Positions 38,228 through 48,186 of a DNA stretch of 64,000 nt are shown in pieces (within the stretch, counting starts at the first letter, position 1; the number at the start of each line of letters is the position of its first letter). This DNA comes from Patescibacteria group bacterium. Its GTDB lineage: Bacteria > Patescibacteriota > Microgenomatia > Daviesbacterales > UBA10151. The stretch covers positions 8,942-72,941 of the forward strand of contig JBBTSA010000002.1 of NCBI GenBank assembly GCA_038064895.1, in the 5' to 3' direction. The notes under the pieces were generated by a model. The model saw only the letters and a program-made list of their open reading frames with translations. It did no database searches and was not told where the DNA came from. Both the position numbers and the translations under genes were made by a program.

Positions 38228-40576
38228 ATGCCCAGGAGAAAAAGGCAGACAACCAGACCTAAAATAGCCTCACCTGTACAGGTTGCTCTCCTTTTGATCC
38301 AAATTTTGCTAATCAGAATTGGCGGCCTGCCACTTTGGCTAATTGAGCAGCTCTTTTCGTCATTGCGAGGACCCCGAGCTTGTCGAGGGGGACGAAGCAA
38401 TCTAATTTGGAGATTGTCACGCTCCCTTCGGTCGCTCGCAATGACAATGTCTCCTAAATTTCACCGGGGAAAGGGCCGTCCCCGCACCACTCCCTTTTTA
38501 AAATTTTATTTAAGAAAAATCAATAAGAATCTATATTCAAAAATTCCTGGCAAAACCAAAGTAAGTATAGCGGCATTGTCAATACTCCTAGCAATCTATT
38601 TCTATACCAACTGGGTGGTGCATATATCTGTCCAGCTGCCTTCCCCAAAAACCCTTTCTTACCAGTCCTCCCCTCTTACAACAGAAGTTTATGACAGAGG
38701 AGGCAATCTTTTATACCGTTTTTATGAAGGCCAAAATAGAAGCCTGGTGAAACTTAAAGATCTACCCGCAATTTTGATAAAGGCAACTATATCTGCCGAA
38801 GATAAAAATTTTTATTCCCATATCGGGTTTGATCCTACGGCTATCCTTCGGGCAAGCTACCATAATCTTACCCAGAGCACGCAGGAAGGAGCATCCACAA
38901 TCACGCAACAGCTTATTAAAAATAGTCTGCTTACGCCTGAAAAAACAATTACCAGAAAGATAAAAGAAATAATTTTGGCTTTTTGGGCGGAAAGGATCTT
39001 TTCTAAAGACCAAATCCTTGAAATGTATTTTAACGGAGCGCCCTACGGCGGAACTGCCTGGGGCATTGAAGCGGCCTCTCTTACATATTTTGGAAAAAGC
39101 AGCAGGGAACTTACTTTGCCTGAAGCAAGCTTTTTAGCAGGACTTCCTGCTTCCCCTACGGAATTTTCCCCTTTTGGCATAAAACCTGAACTTGGAAAAC
39201 AAAGACAGGCCTGGGTTTTAAACCGCATGGTTAAGGATGGTTTTATTACAAAGGAGGAAGCAGAAGAGGCTTTAGGAGCAAAGCTTGCTCTTCGACCTCA
39301 ATCCAATAATATTTCGGCTCCACACTTTGTTTTTTATGTTAGGGATTTGTTATCAAAACAATTGGGATCAAAAGTTATCTCTACCGGAGGATTAAAGATT
39401 ACAACAACTTTGGATTTGGAGTTGCAAAGCCAAGTTGAAAAAATAGTCAAAGAAGAAGTAGAAGCGCTGGCTTCTCTAAATGTCCGGAATGGGGCCGCAA
39501 TGGTCACAGATCCCAAAACAGGCCATATTTTGGCAATGGTTGGATCAAGGGATTACCATTACCCCCTCTTTGGCAATTACAATGCAACGCTGGCGCTTCG
39601 CCAGCCGGGTTCCTCAATAAAAGTTGTCACATATGCAACCGCATTCAAACAGGGATACACGCCGGGCAACACTGTTTTGGATACACCGGTTGTGTTTAAG
39701 GATGAATGGGGAAATAGGTACGGCCCCGTAAATTATGACGGTTCTTTTCATGGGCCCGTGTCCATCCGTCAGGCTTTAGGCTCATCATATAATGTTCCTG
39801 CTGTTAAAATGCTTGCAGCGGTTGGCCTGGATGCAATGATTCAAACAGCCAAAGATATGGGGATAACAACATTTAATGATCCAAAAAGATATGGTTTGTC
39901 ACTAACTTTGGGGGGTGGAGAGGTAAAAATGGTTGATATGATGGCAGTTTATGGAACCTTGTCCCAGGAAGGATTTTTGAGAAGGCCTACTCCAATACTT
40001 AAAGTAACTGATTCGTATGGAAATGTTTTGGATGAGTATCAGGATAGGAAAATTCAAAGCTTAAGGCCGGAAATTGCCTACCTTTTAACCTCAATTTTAT
40101 CTGATAACTTGGCAAGGACTCCTGCTTTCGGACCATCATCACTCCTTAACATTCCGGGGTATCAATTGGCAGTTAAAACAGGAACTTCCGATAATAAAAG
40201 GGATAACTGGACATTTGGATATACACCGCAGTTTGTAGTTGGGGTTTGGGTTGGAAATAATGATAACTCCTTAATGCACCCCTCTTTAACATCAGGAGTT
40301 ACAGGAGCTGCTCCAATTTGGAATAAAATTACAAAGTACATGATTCAAAAAAATCCACCTACAGCTTTTAAGAGGCCTGAGGGAATAGTTGAGGCAAGAA
40401 TTGACGGAAGACGGGATCTGGCCATATCTGATGTACTGCCTAAAGGATTAACAAAAGTTAGAAAAGATGGAGAAAAAACAATCTTTTCAGATTCATTTTC
40501 TTCCTATGCTACCTCATCTGCCCAAGCCCCGATTCAATCGGGGCAAGCAGCAACAAAAAATACAATAACTAATTAG
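38228..40576 (+). CDS. Class A bifunctional penicillin-binding protein
   Basis: AEDKNFYSH, GASTITQQL, RKIKE, GSSIK, SYN, KTGT; start uncertain (38192 or 38228). Confidence 0.95.
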   Translation: MPRRKRQTTRPKIASPVQVALLLIQILLIRIGGLPLWLIEQLFSSLRGPRACRGGRSNLIWRLSRSLRSLAMTMSPKFHRGKGRPRTTPFLKFYLRKINKNLYSKIPGKTKVSIAALSILLAIYFYTNWVVHISVQLPSPKTLSYQSSPLTTEVYDRGGNLLYRFYEGQNRSLVKLKDLPAILIKATISAEDKNFYSHIGFDPTAILRASYHNLTQSTQEGASTITQQLIKNSLLTPEKTITRKIKEIILAFWAERIFSKDQILEMYFNGAPYGGTAWGIEAASLTYFGKSSRELTLPEASFLAGLPASPTEFSPFGIKPELGKQRQAWVLNRMVKDGFITKEEAEEALGAKLALRPQSNNISAPHFVFYVRDLLSKQLGSKVISTGGLKITTTLDLELQSQVEKIVKEEVEALASLNVRNGAAMVTDPKTGHILAMVGSRDYHYPLFGNYNATLALRQPGSSIKVVTYATAFKQGYTPGNTVLDTPVVFKDEWGNRYGPVNYDGSFHGPVSIRQALGSSYNVPAVKMLAAVGLDAMIQTAKDMGITTFNDPKRYGLSLTLGGGEVKMVDMMAVYGTLSQEGFLRRPTPILKVTDSYGNVLDEYQDRKIQSLRPEIAYLLTSILSDNLARTPAFGPSSLLNIPGYQLAVKTGTSDNKRDNWTFGYTPQFVVGVWVGNNDNSLMHPSLTSGVTGAAPIWNKITKYMIQKNPPTAFKRPEGIVEARIDGRRDLAISDVLPKGLTKVRKDGEKTIFSDSFSSYATSSAQAPIQSGQAATKNTITN
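38358..38446. repeat. In-frame CGTCATTGCGAG palindromic element with nested insert
   Basis: cgtcattgcgagga[ccccgagcttgtcgagggg]gacgaagcaatct...agattgtcac...gctcgcaatgaca. Confidence 0.9.
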
Positions 40577-40579
40577 AAG

Positions 40580-40675
40580 CTATCTTTTTCTACGAAGCAT
40601 AGTTGGAAGAGCCATTAAAACAAGGACTAAGGCTAAAATTGCTAAAATTAAATAAAACAAAAGTCCACTATCCAT
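40580..40675 (-). CDS. 31 aa single-TM peptide (not in the ORF track)
   Basis: MDSGLLFYLILAILALVLVLMALPTMLRRKR*; SD-like ggaggtg upstream. Confidence 0.65.
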   Translation of the reverse strand: MDSGLLFYLILAILALVLVLMALPTMLRRKR

Positions 40676-40685
40676 AACACTTAAT

Positions 40686-40877
40686 TCACCTCCTTAACCA
40701 CAAACTTAATGTCCAAAAGACGATTGCTGCAAAGATACCAGCTGTGATCTTAACTGGATCATATTTATCAAATACAGCTGGCAAACCAACTGAAGCCACC
40801 GATATTAAAGCCAAATCAGATGCTATATCTGACATTTTGTCCAGTTGATTCTGATTTAATCTTGATTCAATAAACAC
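40686..40877 (-). CDS. Small two-TM protein
   Basis: QLDKMSDIASDLA..., two TMs, WLRR end; TATAAT upstream. Confidence 0.65.
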   Translation of the reverse strand: MFIESRLNQNQLDKMSDIASDLALISVASVGLPAVFDKYDPVKITAGIFAAIVFWTLSLWLRR

Positions 40878-41007
40878 TACAAAATCATTATAGCATAGTT
40901 GAGGAAATGCCCAAGCCGATTAAATCTGCCCAAGCTGCAACAAAAAATACAACTACTAATTAATCAAATTTGACATTCTTACTTAGAATGTGAGTAAGAT
41001 TATATTA

Positions 41008-43671
41008 ATGAGTAAAATCCGTCTGCTGCTCATACTTATTGTTGTAGCTGTAATCTCCATTATTGCCTCAATGTATATTAAACCTATAAAGCAGCCTGGA
41101 CAACATCCAGTAACGCACGACACCGTTCTTTTTGACACAAGCAGCAAACAAGCTATTGCCCAAGGCGATAAGCTTACAGGAAAGGGCATTCCAAATGGAA
41201 AGGTCACACTCATTATCAGTCCGGGCGGGGTACAAAAAGATCTTACTGTCGATGCAAATGGTGACTGGTTTTATCAAATCGAACAACCATTGCAAGCAAA
41301 AAAGTATAGACTTAGCGTTCTTACCTATGATGTAGTAGGAACACTGGTAAATATAAAAAGTTTTCCTATAGAAATTACCTCTCCTACGAGTTCTTTATTT
41401 CTGCCAGAAGCGAAAGCACAAGAAGAAGGCCCCACGTATACACTCTTGCGTGATCACTATCCTGACTACGATGAGCATTATAAGGATTGGGAAAAGCGAA
41501 TGCGCAAGATTCAAATTTACCCGGTTTGGGACGAAGCAGTAGGAGAAACTGTCTTTTTAAATACAGAAACCTTTCTCGATAGCAATGTTTGCAGAACACA
41601 AGACTGTGCTATCGATGCTCGGCAAATGTCAGAGGTTGAATTGGCAGACGAGTTGACAAATGTATTTGTCGAATATGTCCAGGCCCTTGGAGATGTCATG
41701 CTTGAGCAGTGTTATGTACCATTTGTGGCATTGGAACAACACTTTCCGGATATAGAGCTCTTCCGGCAATATCCGAGTTTAAGCCACTACTTTGATGAAG
41801 GTCAATTACGTGGTCAGTGTATTACGCAAATAAAAAGAGATATTGAGGTAGCTGATCTCGAGAATATTATCGAAAGTGAACGGACTGCCGACTTTTTTAC
41901 GCAAAAACTCAACGAGCGGGGGCTTAATGAAGCAAGAGATCCAGTAATAAGGGCATTTATCGGACTGGATGGTTTACTGAATACGCATCTTGTCCTTAAA
42001 TTTATTGCTCAAAATGATGGATATAGGCTCTCGGATGACGATAAGGTAGATTTGGCACTTGCGCTTTTTGATTTTATTCCGTTTAACCCACTTAAATTTG
42101 CAGCAATTGTTGATGCGGATGTCGAAGAAAACCCTTTTGTTCCCAGTGCTTATGCAAAACACCAAAATCTCCAGAAGATAGTGAGAGGAAGTTATTCAGT
42201 AAATCCTCAACAAGCTGCTGCGAACGCCAGAACAGTAAGGAACACAGTGCAACGACGAGGAACTGTATCACAGTCAGTAGCCAATGCTGCCATTAACACC
42301 TTTGATAGTATACGAAGAACAATACCTCCAAGGGGAAAAGCAGGTGCTAAAAATATTGGATATCACTCTAGCAACGACGGCTTTCCAACTCAAGATTGGT
42401 ATTTTAAAGATGGAGCAAATAGAAAAGGATCGGTATTTGATGGAGTATCAACTGGCGATGGAGGACCAGCAGCCCGCTTAGCCAGCAGCACAATAGAGCA
42501 AAAAATCGCGGGGATACCTGACGTTGTATCCTATGATCAGTTAGACCAGGTAGCAAACATACTTCGTGACGCCTACAACAGTGCGCATAGACAAGTTCGA
42601 ACTCTAGGCGGTCGTCGATTGACAACTGCAGTCACAAGTGTGATAGTTGATACGGATCAAGGACCTCATGCTATTATTGCCAATGTTGGAGACGCGCGGG
42701 CCTATCTGTACAGAGAGGGTAGATTACAACAATTGAGCCGAGATGATAGGGGAGCAGCAGAGCATATTGTCACCCAAACGTTGGGCCAATCTGGCACTCC
42801 GAATGTTCACATACATCGAACGTCGCTTCAACCAGAAGATAGAATTGTTCTTATGTCAGATGGGATTTTTGACGATAATCCTCTCGATGAGCTTGAAGCG
42901 GTTCTACGTTCTACAGATGCTAATAAAGGCGATTTAGCAGAAGCACTTACAAGAATTGCTAGAAAATCAGATGATAAGACAGCAGTTGTTTTGGAAGTAT
43001 ACCCTTCAAGAACAACTGGTAATCTTCATACGGTCGTTCCGAAACGTTCTGCAGCTCCATCTCTTGCTGCAGGAGCAGCTGTCAGTGTCATTACACTTGG
43101 TTTGTTAAGCACCAGCGTTTCTTCTGTTGGTCCCACAAATCCTTCAATACCAGCTACGCCGACTGTTACTGTCCCCATCCCAAATCAAATAACTATCCAT
43201 GAGGTTAATGGGCAATTTGTGCCAGGAGGAAGAATTGTAGCTTCGACATTTCTTTCAAAAGATGGAACAGTATTAAGTCATGCGAATTATAATTTTGTAT
43301 GGGGGATAGATCAACCAAAAGATAAGACCACAACGGCAGAAATTAGTCCTCTTCCCGAAGTCAGTTGTAGCAGGGATTCTTGCACCATGAAACTCCCGCA
43401 AGACGTGCGCCCTGGCAAACATAGTCTTGTAGTGTATGTGACGCAAAGAAATGACAGTAAGGTTTTGGCTGCTAGTTCTAAGGATATTACCATAGGAAGT
43501 ACCTCACAAACTTCTGCTTGTCCTGAAACCTTCTTTCGATGTGGGGGGAAACCTGGCTATGAAACCTATGAACGACATCACAGAATCTATGTTGAACCAA
43601 TTTGTACTGGCAGTGATGTTACTTTGAGAAAAGAAGATTTAGGAGAAGATAGGACAGATTGTCCGCAATAA
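41008..43671 (+). CDS. Large membrane-anchored/secreted protein with Ig-like and PP2C-family phosphatase domains
   Basis: N-terminal TM; GKGIPNGKV..VDANGDW Ig-like; VFDGV, TTA, NVGDARAY, LMSDG, DDKTAVV PP2C motifs. Confidence 0.8.
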   Translation: MSKIRLLLILIVVAVISIIASMYIKPIKQPGQHPVTHDTVLFDTSSKQAIAQGDKLTGKGIPNGKVTLIISPGGVQKDLTVDANGDWFYQIEQPLQAKKYRLSVLTYDVVGTLVNIKSFPIEITSPTSSLFLPEAKAQEEGPTYTLLRDHYPDYDEHYKDWEKRMRKIQIYPVWDEAVGETVFLNTETFLDSNVCRTQDCAIDARQMSEVELADELTNVFVEYVQALGDVMLEQCYVPFVALEQHFPDIELFRQYPSLSHYFDEGQLRGQCITQIKRDIEVADLENIIESERTADFFTQKLNERGLNEARDPVIRAFIGLDGLLNTHLVLKFIAQNDGYRLSDDDKVDLALALFDFIPFNPLKFAAIVDADVEENPFVPSAYAKHQNLQKIVRGSYSVNPQQAAANARTVRNTVQRRGTVSQSVANAAINTFDSIRRTIPPRGKAGAKNIGYHSSNDGFPTQDWYFKDGANRKGSVFDGVSTGDGGPAARLASSTIEQKIAGIPDVVSYDQLDQVANILRDAYNSAHRQVRTLGGRRLTTAVTSVIVDTDQGPHAIIANVGDARAYLYREGRLQQLSRDDRGAAEHIVTQTLGQSGTPNVHIHRTSLQPEDRIVLMSDGIFDDNPLDELEAVLRSTDANKGDLAEALTRIARKSDDKTAVVLEVYPSRTTGNLHTVVPKRSAAPSLAAGAAVSVITLGLLSTSVSSVGPTNPSIPATPTVTVPIPNQITIHEVNGQFVPGGRIVASTFLSKDGTVLSHANYNFVWGIDQPKDKTTTAEISPLPEVSCSRDSCTMKLPQDVRPGKHSLVVYVTQRNDSKVLAASSKDITIGSTSQTSACPETFFRCGGKPGYETYERHHRIYVEPICTGSDVTLRKEDLGEDRTDCPQ

Positions 43672-43674
43672 CTT

Positions 43675-46017
43675 ATGAAAAAACTGCTTTTCTTATTTCT
43701 ACTTATGGTATTCCCCTTTTTGATGAGTCCGTCTTTCGCATATGGGCAAAGGCAAGAAGTTGACTGTACTATTGCGCAGTCAGCAGTAGGTACTGTTTCG
43801 GACTTATACCAGTGTTCAGGCGGTATTGCCTGCTATAACGACTTCGATTTTATTGTAGAAGGCAACAAATGTTTTAAAGAACCACGGCAAGGAGACTTTG
43901 ATGGTGGACGTTACCATTGTGATACCCAAGCTGATGCTCCTTTTATTGATCCAAGGAATGGTTCTAGAACTACAGTAGGTGCAATTTGCACAGGTGCAGG
44001 GCTTAATTTATCAGCTTCAAGTAAAGCTCTTGAGAATTGCCACATTGAGTACGATAAAGAAAAACAGGAAGGCACGTTTTTTGCAAAGGCCAGTTCTTTT
44101 AGTGGTCCGGTAATCTTTGAACGATTCGAAACACTACCAAACGGACAGGAGGTTGAAATTGCAAAAGATCTTGCAAAATTGAGTTTTACAAATAATGAAT
44201 TGCGTCGCTCCTTCAACCCAGCCCCTGATATCCTCAGAACAAGAGTGGTACTCTATCCTGTGGAAACCAATACTGCTCCGGATGCTGAGCTTTGTACAGC
44301 AAAACATGAGTTTGTTGTGGATAATAGTACTCAAGCAGAAGGTCCTTCTGAACCCGAACCAGCTGCTCCAAGACCTGTTGTTGCCCTACCTTCTGTTATT
44401 GAAATGGTAATTGATAGGTTGGATACTCAAGGAGCTGATAAAGTTGAGGAAAGGGTGGTAGAAGGATTTGAATATAGAGGTGGTGAAGAAGTAAATATCA
44501 CTGCATTTTTGTATGGCAAAGCAGATGAAGCAAAAATTTATGCAGACCCCGCAAAATTAGCTGCAGGCAGATGTATACCAACAGATACTTCTTTAATCTG
44601 GAAGCTTGATGGAAAAGAAATTACAAATGACCAGGTAGTTAGTAATGAATTTGGAGGCAAATCAGTCCTAAAACAAGCCTGTCAACACTTTATTCTAAAA
44701 ATGCCTACAGAATCGGGAGCTCACAACCTATCTGTTGCTCTACCCAATGATGAAAATTATTTGAAAGCTGCAGAACACATACACAGATTCCGAATTAAAG
44801 CTCCTGAACAAACCAGGTCAACAGTGGAGGTTACAGGCTCACCTAATGTATCATCCAGTAGTGTACGGGGTGTAGCCACTTCTTCTGCCAAGCTTAAGAA
44901 AAACAGCATTAAACGTTTGTCTCTTTCAAAAATACTTGAAAAAGATGTAGCAGGAGTTTCTGTTGAGAATTTAGGGGAAAACAGATACTCTGTTCAATCC
45001 ACACCAGTTGGAGATAATTTAATTTATGTTAATCCCTGTACTACTTCTTTAGAATCATCTGATAAGCCTGACTTTACCTTTTTAACACTAAGAAAAGTTG
45101 ATGAGGATAGATCTTCTGAAATTTTGCCCCAGAGCGGAAAAGTTGATAATTGTGAGATACAACCAATAGATTTAGGAGATATTGATGATATGAAGTATCT
45201 GGCAATTGATGTTCACTTTGATCCAGAAGGCTCTTACGAATTTGCTCCATCCAAATCAGAAGATGTAATTATTTATACAGAAGATGAAGAACTTAATTTA
45301 GCAAATGAACCGCTCTTTGTTAAGTTAAAAACAGATCCGGAAATTATTGGTGCTGATGATCGTGAAGTTGAAATCATTGCAATCAGTAACAGACCAATTG
45401 ATGACCCTACTTTTTATGTTAATAGTGGGGGTAGATCTGCAGAATATATTGATTCTGATTGCACAGAAGGAGGAAATTGCGAATACCATATAACTGTTAT
45501 TACTGAATCTAATACAAACTATAATATTGAATTTGCATCTAAATCAATTAGATTCTCAACCGGAGAACTAGAAATTCCAGATGAATCTCAGCCAGAAGAA
45601 CCCCAATCTGGGGAACGTAACGTAACTAATGTTTCAGTATTTATCAATGGTGATGAAATACCCATTTCTGATCCTAACATTACTGTTCAAAGCCCTGGAA
45701 CAGTTCTTATTAGGGTTACCTTTAGTGATGGAGATACGGAATCCATACTTTTGAATCTACAAAGAGGTTCAGGGGAACCAGGGCCTACAGAAGAACCTGG
45801 ACCCACAGAAGAACCCCAGCCTACGGATGAACCACAACCTACAGAGGAACCTTCCCCTACACCATTTCCAACAACTCAATGCCCTGCAGATTGTAATGCT
45901 TATGGAGATGAATGCTGGAGAGGACCAGTAGGGAAAGTTGATGATGAGTGTCCAGAAGATTATACTGATCTTGATGATCCTGGTACAGGATGCTGGGGAA
46001 GATGTGAAGTATTATGA
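43675..46017 (+). CDS. Large acidic secreted protein with PTEE repeats and Cys-rich ends
   Basis: Signal peptide, beta-rich domains, (GPTEEP)n linker, Cys-rich C-terminus. Confidence 0.75.
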   Translation: MKKLLFLFLLMVFPFLMSPSFAYGQRQEVDCTIAQSAVGTVSDLYQCSGGIACYNDFDFIVEGNKCFKEPRQGDFDGGRYHCDTQADAPFIDPRNGSRTTVGAICTGAGLNLSASSKALENCHIEYDKEKQEGTFFAKASSFSGPVIFERFETLPNGQEVEIAKDLAKLSFTNNELRRSFNPAPDILRTRVVLYPVETNTAPDAELCTAKHEFVVDNSTQAEGPSEPEPAAPRPVVALPSVIEMVIDRLDTQGADKVEERVVEGFEYRGGEEVNITAFLYGKADEAKIYADPAKLAAGRCIPTDTSLIWKLDGKEITNDQVVSNEFGGKSVLKQACQHFILKMPTESGAHNLSVALPNDENYLKAAEHIHRFRIKAPEQTRSTVEVTGSPNVSSSSVRGVATSSAKLKKNSIKRLSLSKILEKDVAGVSVENLGENRYSVQSTPVGDNLIYVNPCTTSLESSDKPDFTFLTLRKVDEDRSSEILPQSGKVDNCEIQPIDLGDIDDMKYLAIDVHFDPEGSYEFAPSKSEDVIIYTEDEELNLANEPLFVKLKTDPEIIGADDREVEIIAISNRPIDDPTFYVNSGGRSAEYIDSDCTEGGNCEYHITVITESNTNYNIEFASKSIRFSTGELEIPDESQPEEPQSGERNVTNVSVFINGDEIPISDPNITVQSPGTVLIRVTFSDGDTESILLNLQRGSGEPGPTEEPGPTEEPQPTDEPQPTEEPSPTPFPTTQCPADCNAYGDECWRGPVGKVDDECPEDYTDLDDPGTGCWGRCEVL

Positions 46018-46256
46018 ATATAGCAGGTTATCAAATTAGCAAAATACAAGCTTTTACAATAGGATTTTTACTAGTAGGCATTATTATCGGAGTCTTTTTA
46101 GTACAAAGACAACAAACTTTAAAAAGTAAAGCCAGTGAAGAGCTCTACAATAAAATTAATGTCCGGGATGCAGAGTGTTTTGGTGAAGGTAGCTCTTATA
46201 CCTGCCGGACTCAATCTGATCAAGTTGAAATAGATATAAGCAATCTACTCCCTTAA
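46014..46256 (+). CDS. Small single-TM protein (LVQxxQxxxxxA motif), paralog of 50660-50923
   Basis: ISKIQA...GVFLVQRQQTLKSKA...C...C.T....VEI. Confidence 0.75.
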   Translation: MNIAGYQISKIQAFTIGFLLVGIIIGVFLVQRQQTLKSKASEELYNKINVRDAECFGEGSSYTCRTQSDQVEIDISNLLP

Positions 46257-46327
46257 TCCAATACCACCCAGCCTCAGCCACAAAAAATACAACAACAAAT
46301 TAGCCAAGTTTAAGTCCTGCCAATTTT

Positions 46328-46960
46328 TTAGATCTTAAATTTAACCTTTGCTAGCTTTATAGTCTGCTCTTGAAAGAATTTTTTAACCTCATCCCAGGAA
46401 ACAGAAATTAACATTTTGGGAGGTTCCTGAGAATCTGCATCTGCAAAGTAATCCAGACTCCTCATAATATGGACAATATTGTTGGAAAGTTTACCGTATT
46501 TTTGTTCATAAAACTTTAAAATTTGTTCCAGGGAAAATTTTTTAACCAAAAAATAAAGGTCAATAAAATCTCTTTTTGTGCCTCGGCTTGAGATAGCATC
46601 AATTTTCATAGCAGCAATATCTTCCAGAGATGCCAGATTAATCTTAGAAAAGACAGATGTTTTTTTAATTAGTGGATATCTGTAATAAAAATAGCTGAAC
46701 TTAACTTTTGGGAAACTACCCAAAATAGTCCATTTTGCTGTTTCATCTAATTTAAATCCAGGTAACTTTTCGAGCTGTTCTAAAACATCTTCTGTATTGA
46801 ATTCAATGTTCGTAAAAAAATCAAGGTCTAAAGATATGCGGTGTCCAATCTGAAGCGCGCAAGATGTGCCTCCGGCAAGGTATGTATCTTTAAGAATCCC
46901 TGACTCTCCTAATAAGGCCAAAGCTCCTGCCGCATTTTTAGATAAGGTTTTTGTAAACAT
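46328..46960 (-). CDS. AbiEii-family nucleotidyltransferase toxin
   Basis: YLAGGT..ALQIGHRISLDLDFF, IAAMK, RDFIDLY. Confidence 0.9.
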   Translation of the reverse strand: MFTKTLSKNAAGALALLGESGILKDTYLAGGTSCALQIGHRISLDLDFFTNIEFNTEDVLEQLEKLPGFKLDETAKWTILGSFPKVKFSYFYYRYPLIKKTSVFSKINLASLEDIAAMKIDAISSRGTKRDFIDLYFLVKKFSLEQILKFYEQKYGKLSNNIVHIMRSLDYFADADSQEPPKMLISVSWDEVKKFFQEQTIKLAKVKFKI

Positions 46961-47211
46961 ATCACCTTTCTTTTATTAATATCTAAAAGATCCGCCCAGA
47001 AATTGGCAGTTCTGGCAGAAAACCCCCTCCTTTTTGTAACTACCTCTCTAATTAAGTCTCTGCTGTAGGTTTTAAACATCCATCTGATTGCTTTATCATG
47101 CCCCTTATCCAAAAGCCTGTGTATAATGTAAGGCCCACTTTGCTCCTTATCAAGCTCATTAAAATCTACATCCCAAAAGTATTGTTTTAAAAAGGTAGGA
47201 AGCTTTTTCAT
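46909..47211 (-). CDS. Putative antitoxin partner of AbiEii (DUF6922-like)
   Basis: QYFWDVDF...IIHRLLDKG; overlaps the toxin start. Confidence 0.75.
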   Translation of the reverse strand: MKKLPTFLKQYFWDVDFNELDKEQSGPYIIHRLLDKGHDKAIRWMFKTYSRDLIREVVTKRRGFSARTANFWADLLDINKRKVICLQKPYLKMRQELWPY

Positions 47212-47293
47212 ATAGGTCCTTATACATATATTTTACCATAATTGATACCTAGAAGGTATATTTTTTTCTGTTTATTTCTATAGCCATAACCTT

Positions 47294-47378
47294 AATATCC
47301 CTAAGCAGAAAACCAGCTTTTTGGGATATCTGTTTATCGGCCTGAATAAACTCAAAGCTATCTAATAGATCTTCAATT
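47294..47378 (-). pseudogene. Internal fragment of a PIN/VapC toxin
   Basis: Minus strand IEDLLDSFEFIQADKQISQKAGFLLRD resembles the middle of VapC 51018-51398 (KLIDSFPILPIDLDTAKLA). Confidence 0.55.
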
Positions 47379-47597
47379 AATCTCTTCTTCTGTTCTATCC
47401 GACCATATTCCTCTGGTTTCGTCAACTAATTTTTTGATCTTTTCCTTTTTATCTGCTTCATCGCTAATAGGTTGAAGTTTCACTTTTACTTCTCTATCTT
47501 TTTTTATATACACAGGTTCACCAGTAGAAACCACCATATCGACAAGGTTAAAGAAATTGTTTCTTACCTCAGTTGCTGTAATAATATTTTTAGCCAT
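47373..47597 (-). CDS. Phd/YefM-family antitoxin (probably 3'-truncated)
   Basis: ITATEVRNNFFNLVDMV...GEPVYI. Confidence 0.8.
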   Translation of the reverse strand: MAKNIITATEVRNNFFNLVDMVVSTGEPVYIKKDREVKVKLQPISDEADKKEKIKKLVDETRGIWSDRTEEEIN

Positions 47598-47688
47598 GAC
47601 CCTATTTTACAAAAGTATGTACACAATATCAATACTTCTACTTAGACTACAGATTGACTTCAATCTAATTTTATGACCACAATAAATT

Positions 47689-48186
47689 GTGAGACAAAAA
47701 CTGCTTATAGTAGGTTACATTACTTTGCTCATCACCATTCCTATTACTTTTTATTTATTTAAAGATCAAATCAGATCTAGCTTTCTTAAACCTAAAGTTT
47801 CAATCCAGCCAAAACTTATTAGAGAAACTACAATCGCTGAGGTTGCAGCAAAGTCCCACCCCAGCCTCTTTTATGCAGATTTGGAATATGATCCGAATAC
47901 AGAAGCAGTAGCGTTAAGAGAAACATCTGTAGGTCGCGGTGACCCTCCATCACTTTTTCCTGATAAACCACCCGATGATAATAATCGTTTATCTTTCAAG
48001 GTGGAAGTTGTGTCAAAGGAAAATATTGTCCTTCAAAGCGGCTGGTATTCTGATTATAAACAAAAAGTAAAGCCAAAAGAGGGTTTGCTTAGATTCTCTG
48101 TGGTAACAGGGTATGAACCCGGAGCTATTGTAAAACTCTATTATCCTAATGAGAGTAAGCTTATCTGGCTTGGGAAAATACAATGA
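47689..48186 (+). CDS. Single-TM extracellular hypothetical protein
   Basis: N-terminal TM; coupled to the downstream protease gene. Confidence 0.65.
   Translation: MRQKLLIVGYITLLITIPITFYLFKDQIRSSFLKPKVSIQPKLIRETTIAEVAAKSHPSLFYADLEYDPNTEAVALRETSVGRGDPPSLFPDKPPDDNNRLSFKVEVVSKENIVLQSGWYSDYKQKVKPKEGLLRFSVVTGYEPGAIVKLYYPNESKLIWLGKIQ

Larger units (their letters stand above)
40544..46303 (+). repeat. Three copies of the PBP 3' end (40544-40576, 40924-40963, 46275-46303)
   Basis: gcagcaacaaaaaatacaataactaattag / gctgcaacaaaaaatacaactactaattaa / cagccacaaaaaatacaacaacaaattag. Confidence 0.88.

Noticed and set aside
40907-40935. Clean empty-site versus filled-site proof for the 21 bp PBP hairpin
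   Set aside because: The second copy is preceded by tgcccaagccgattaaatc, a degenerate version of the same hairpin, so it is not unambiguously empty.
45770-45860. 18 bp tandem repeats
   Set aside because: Ordinary codon-phase PTEEP linker, unrelated to the period-7 tracts.
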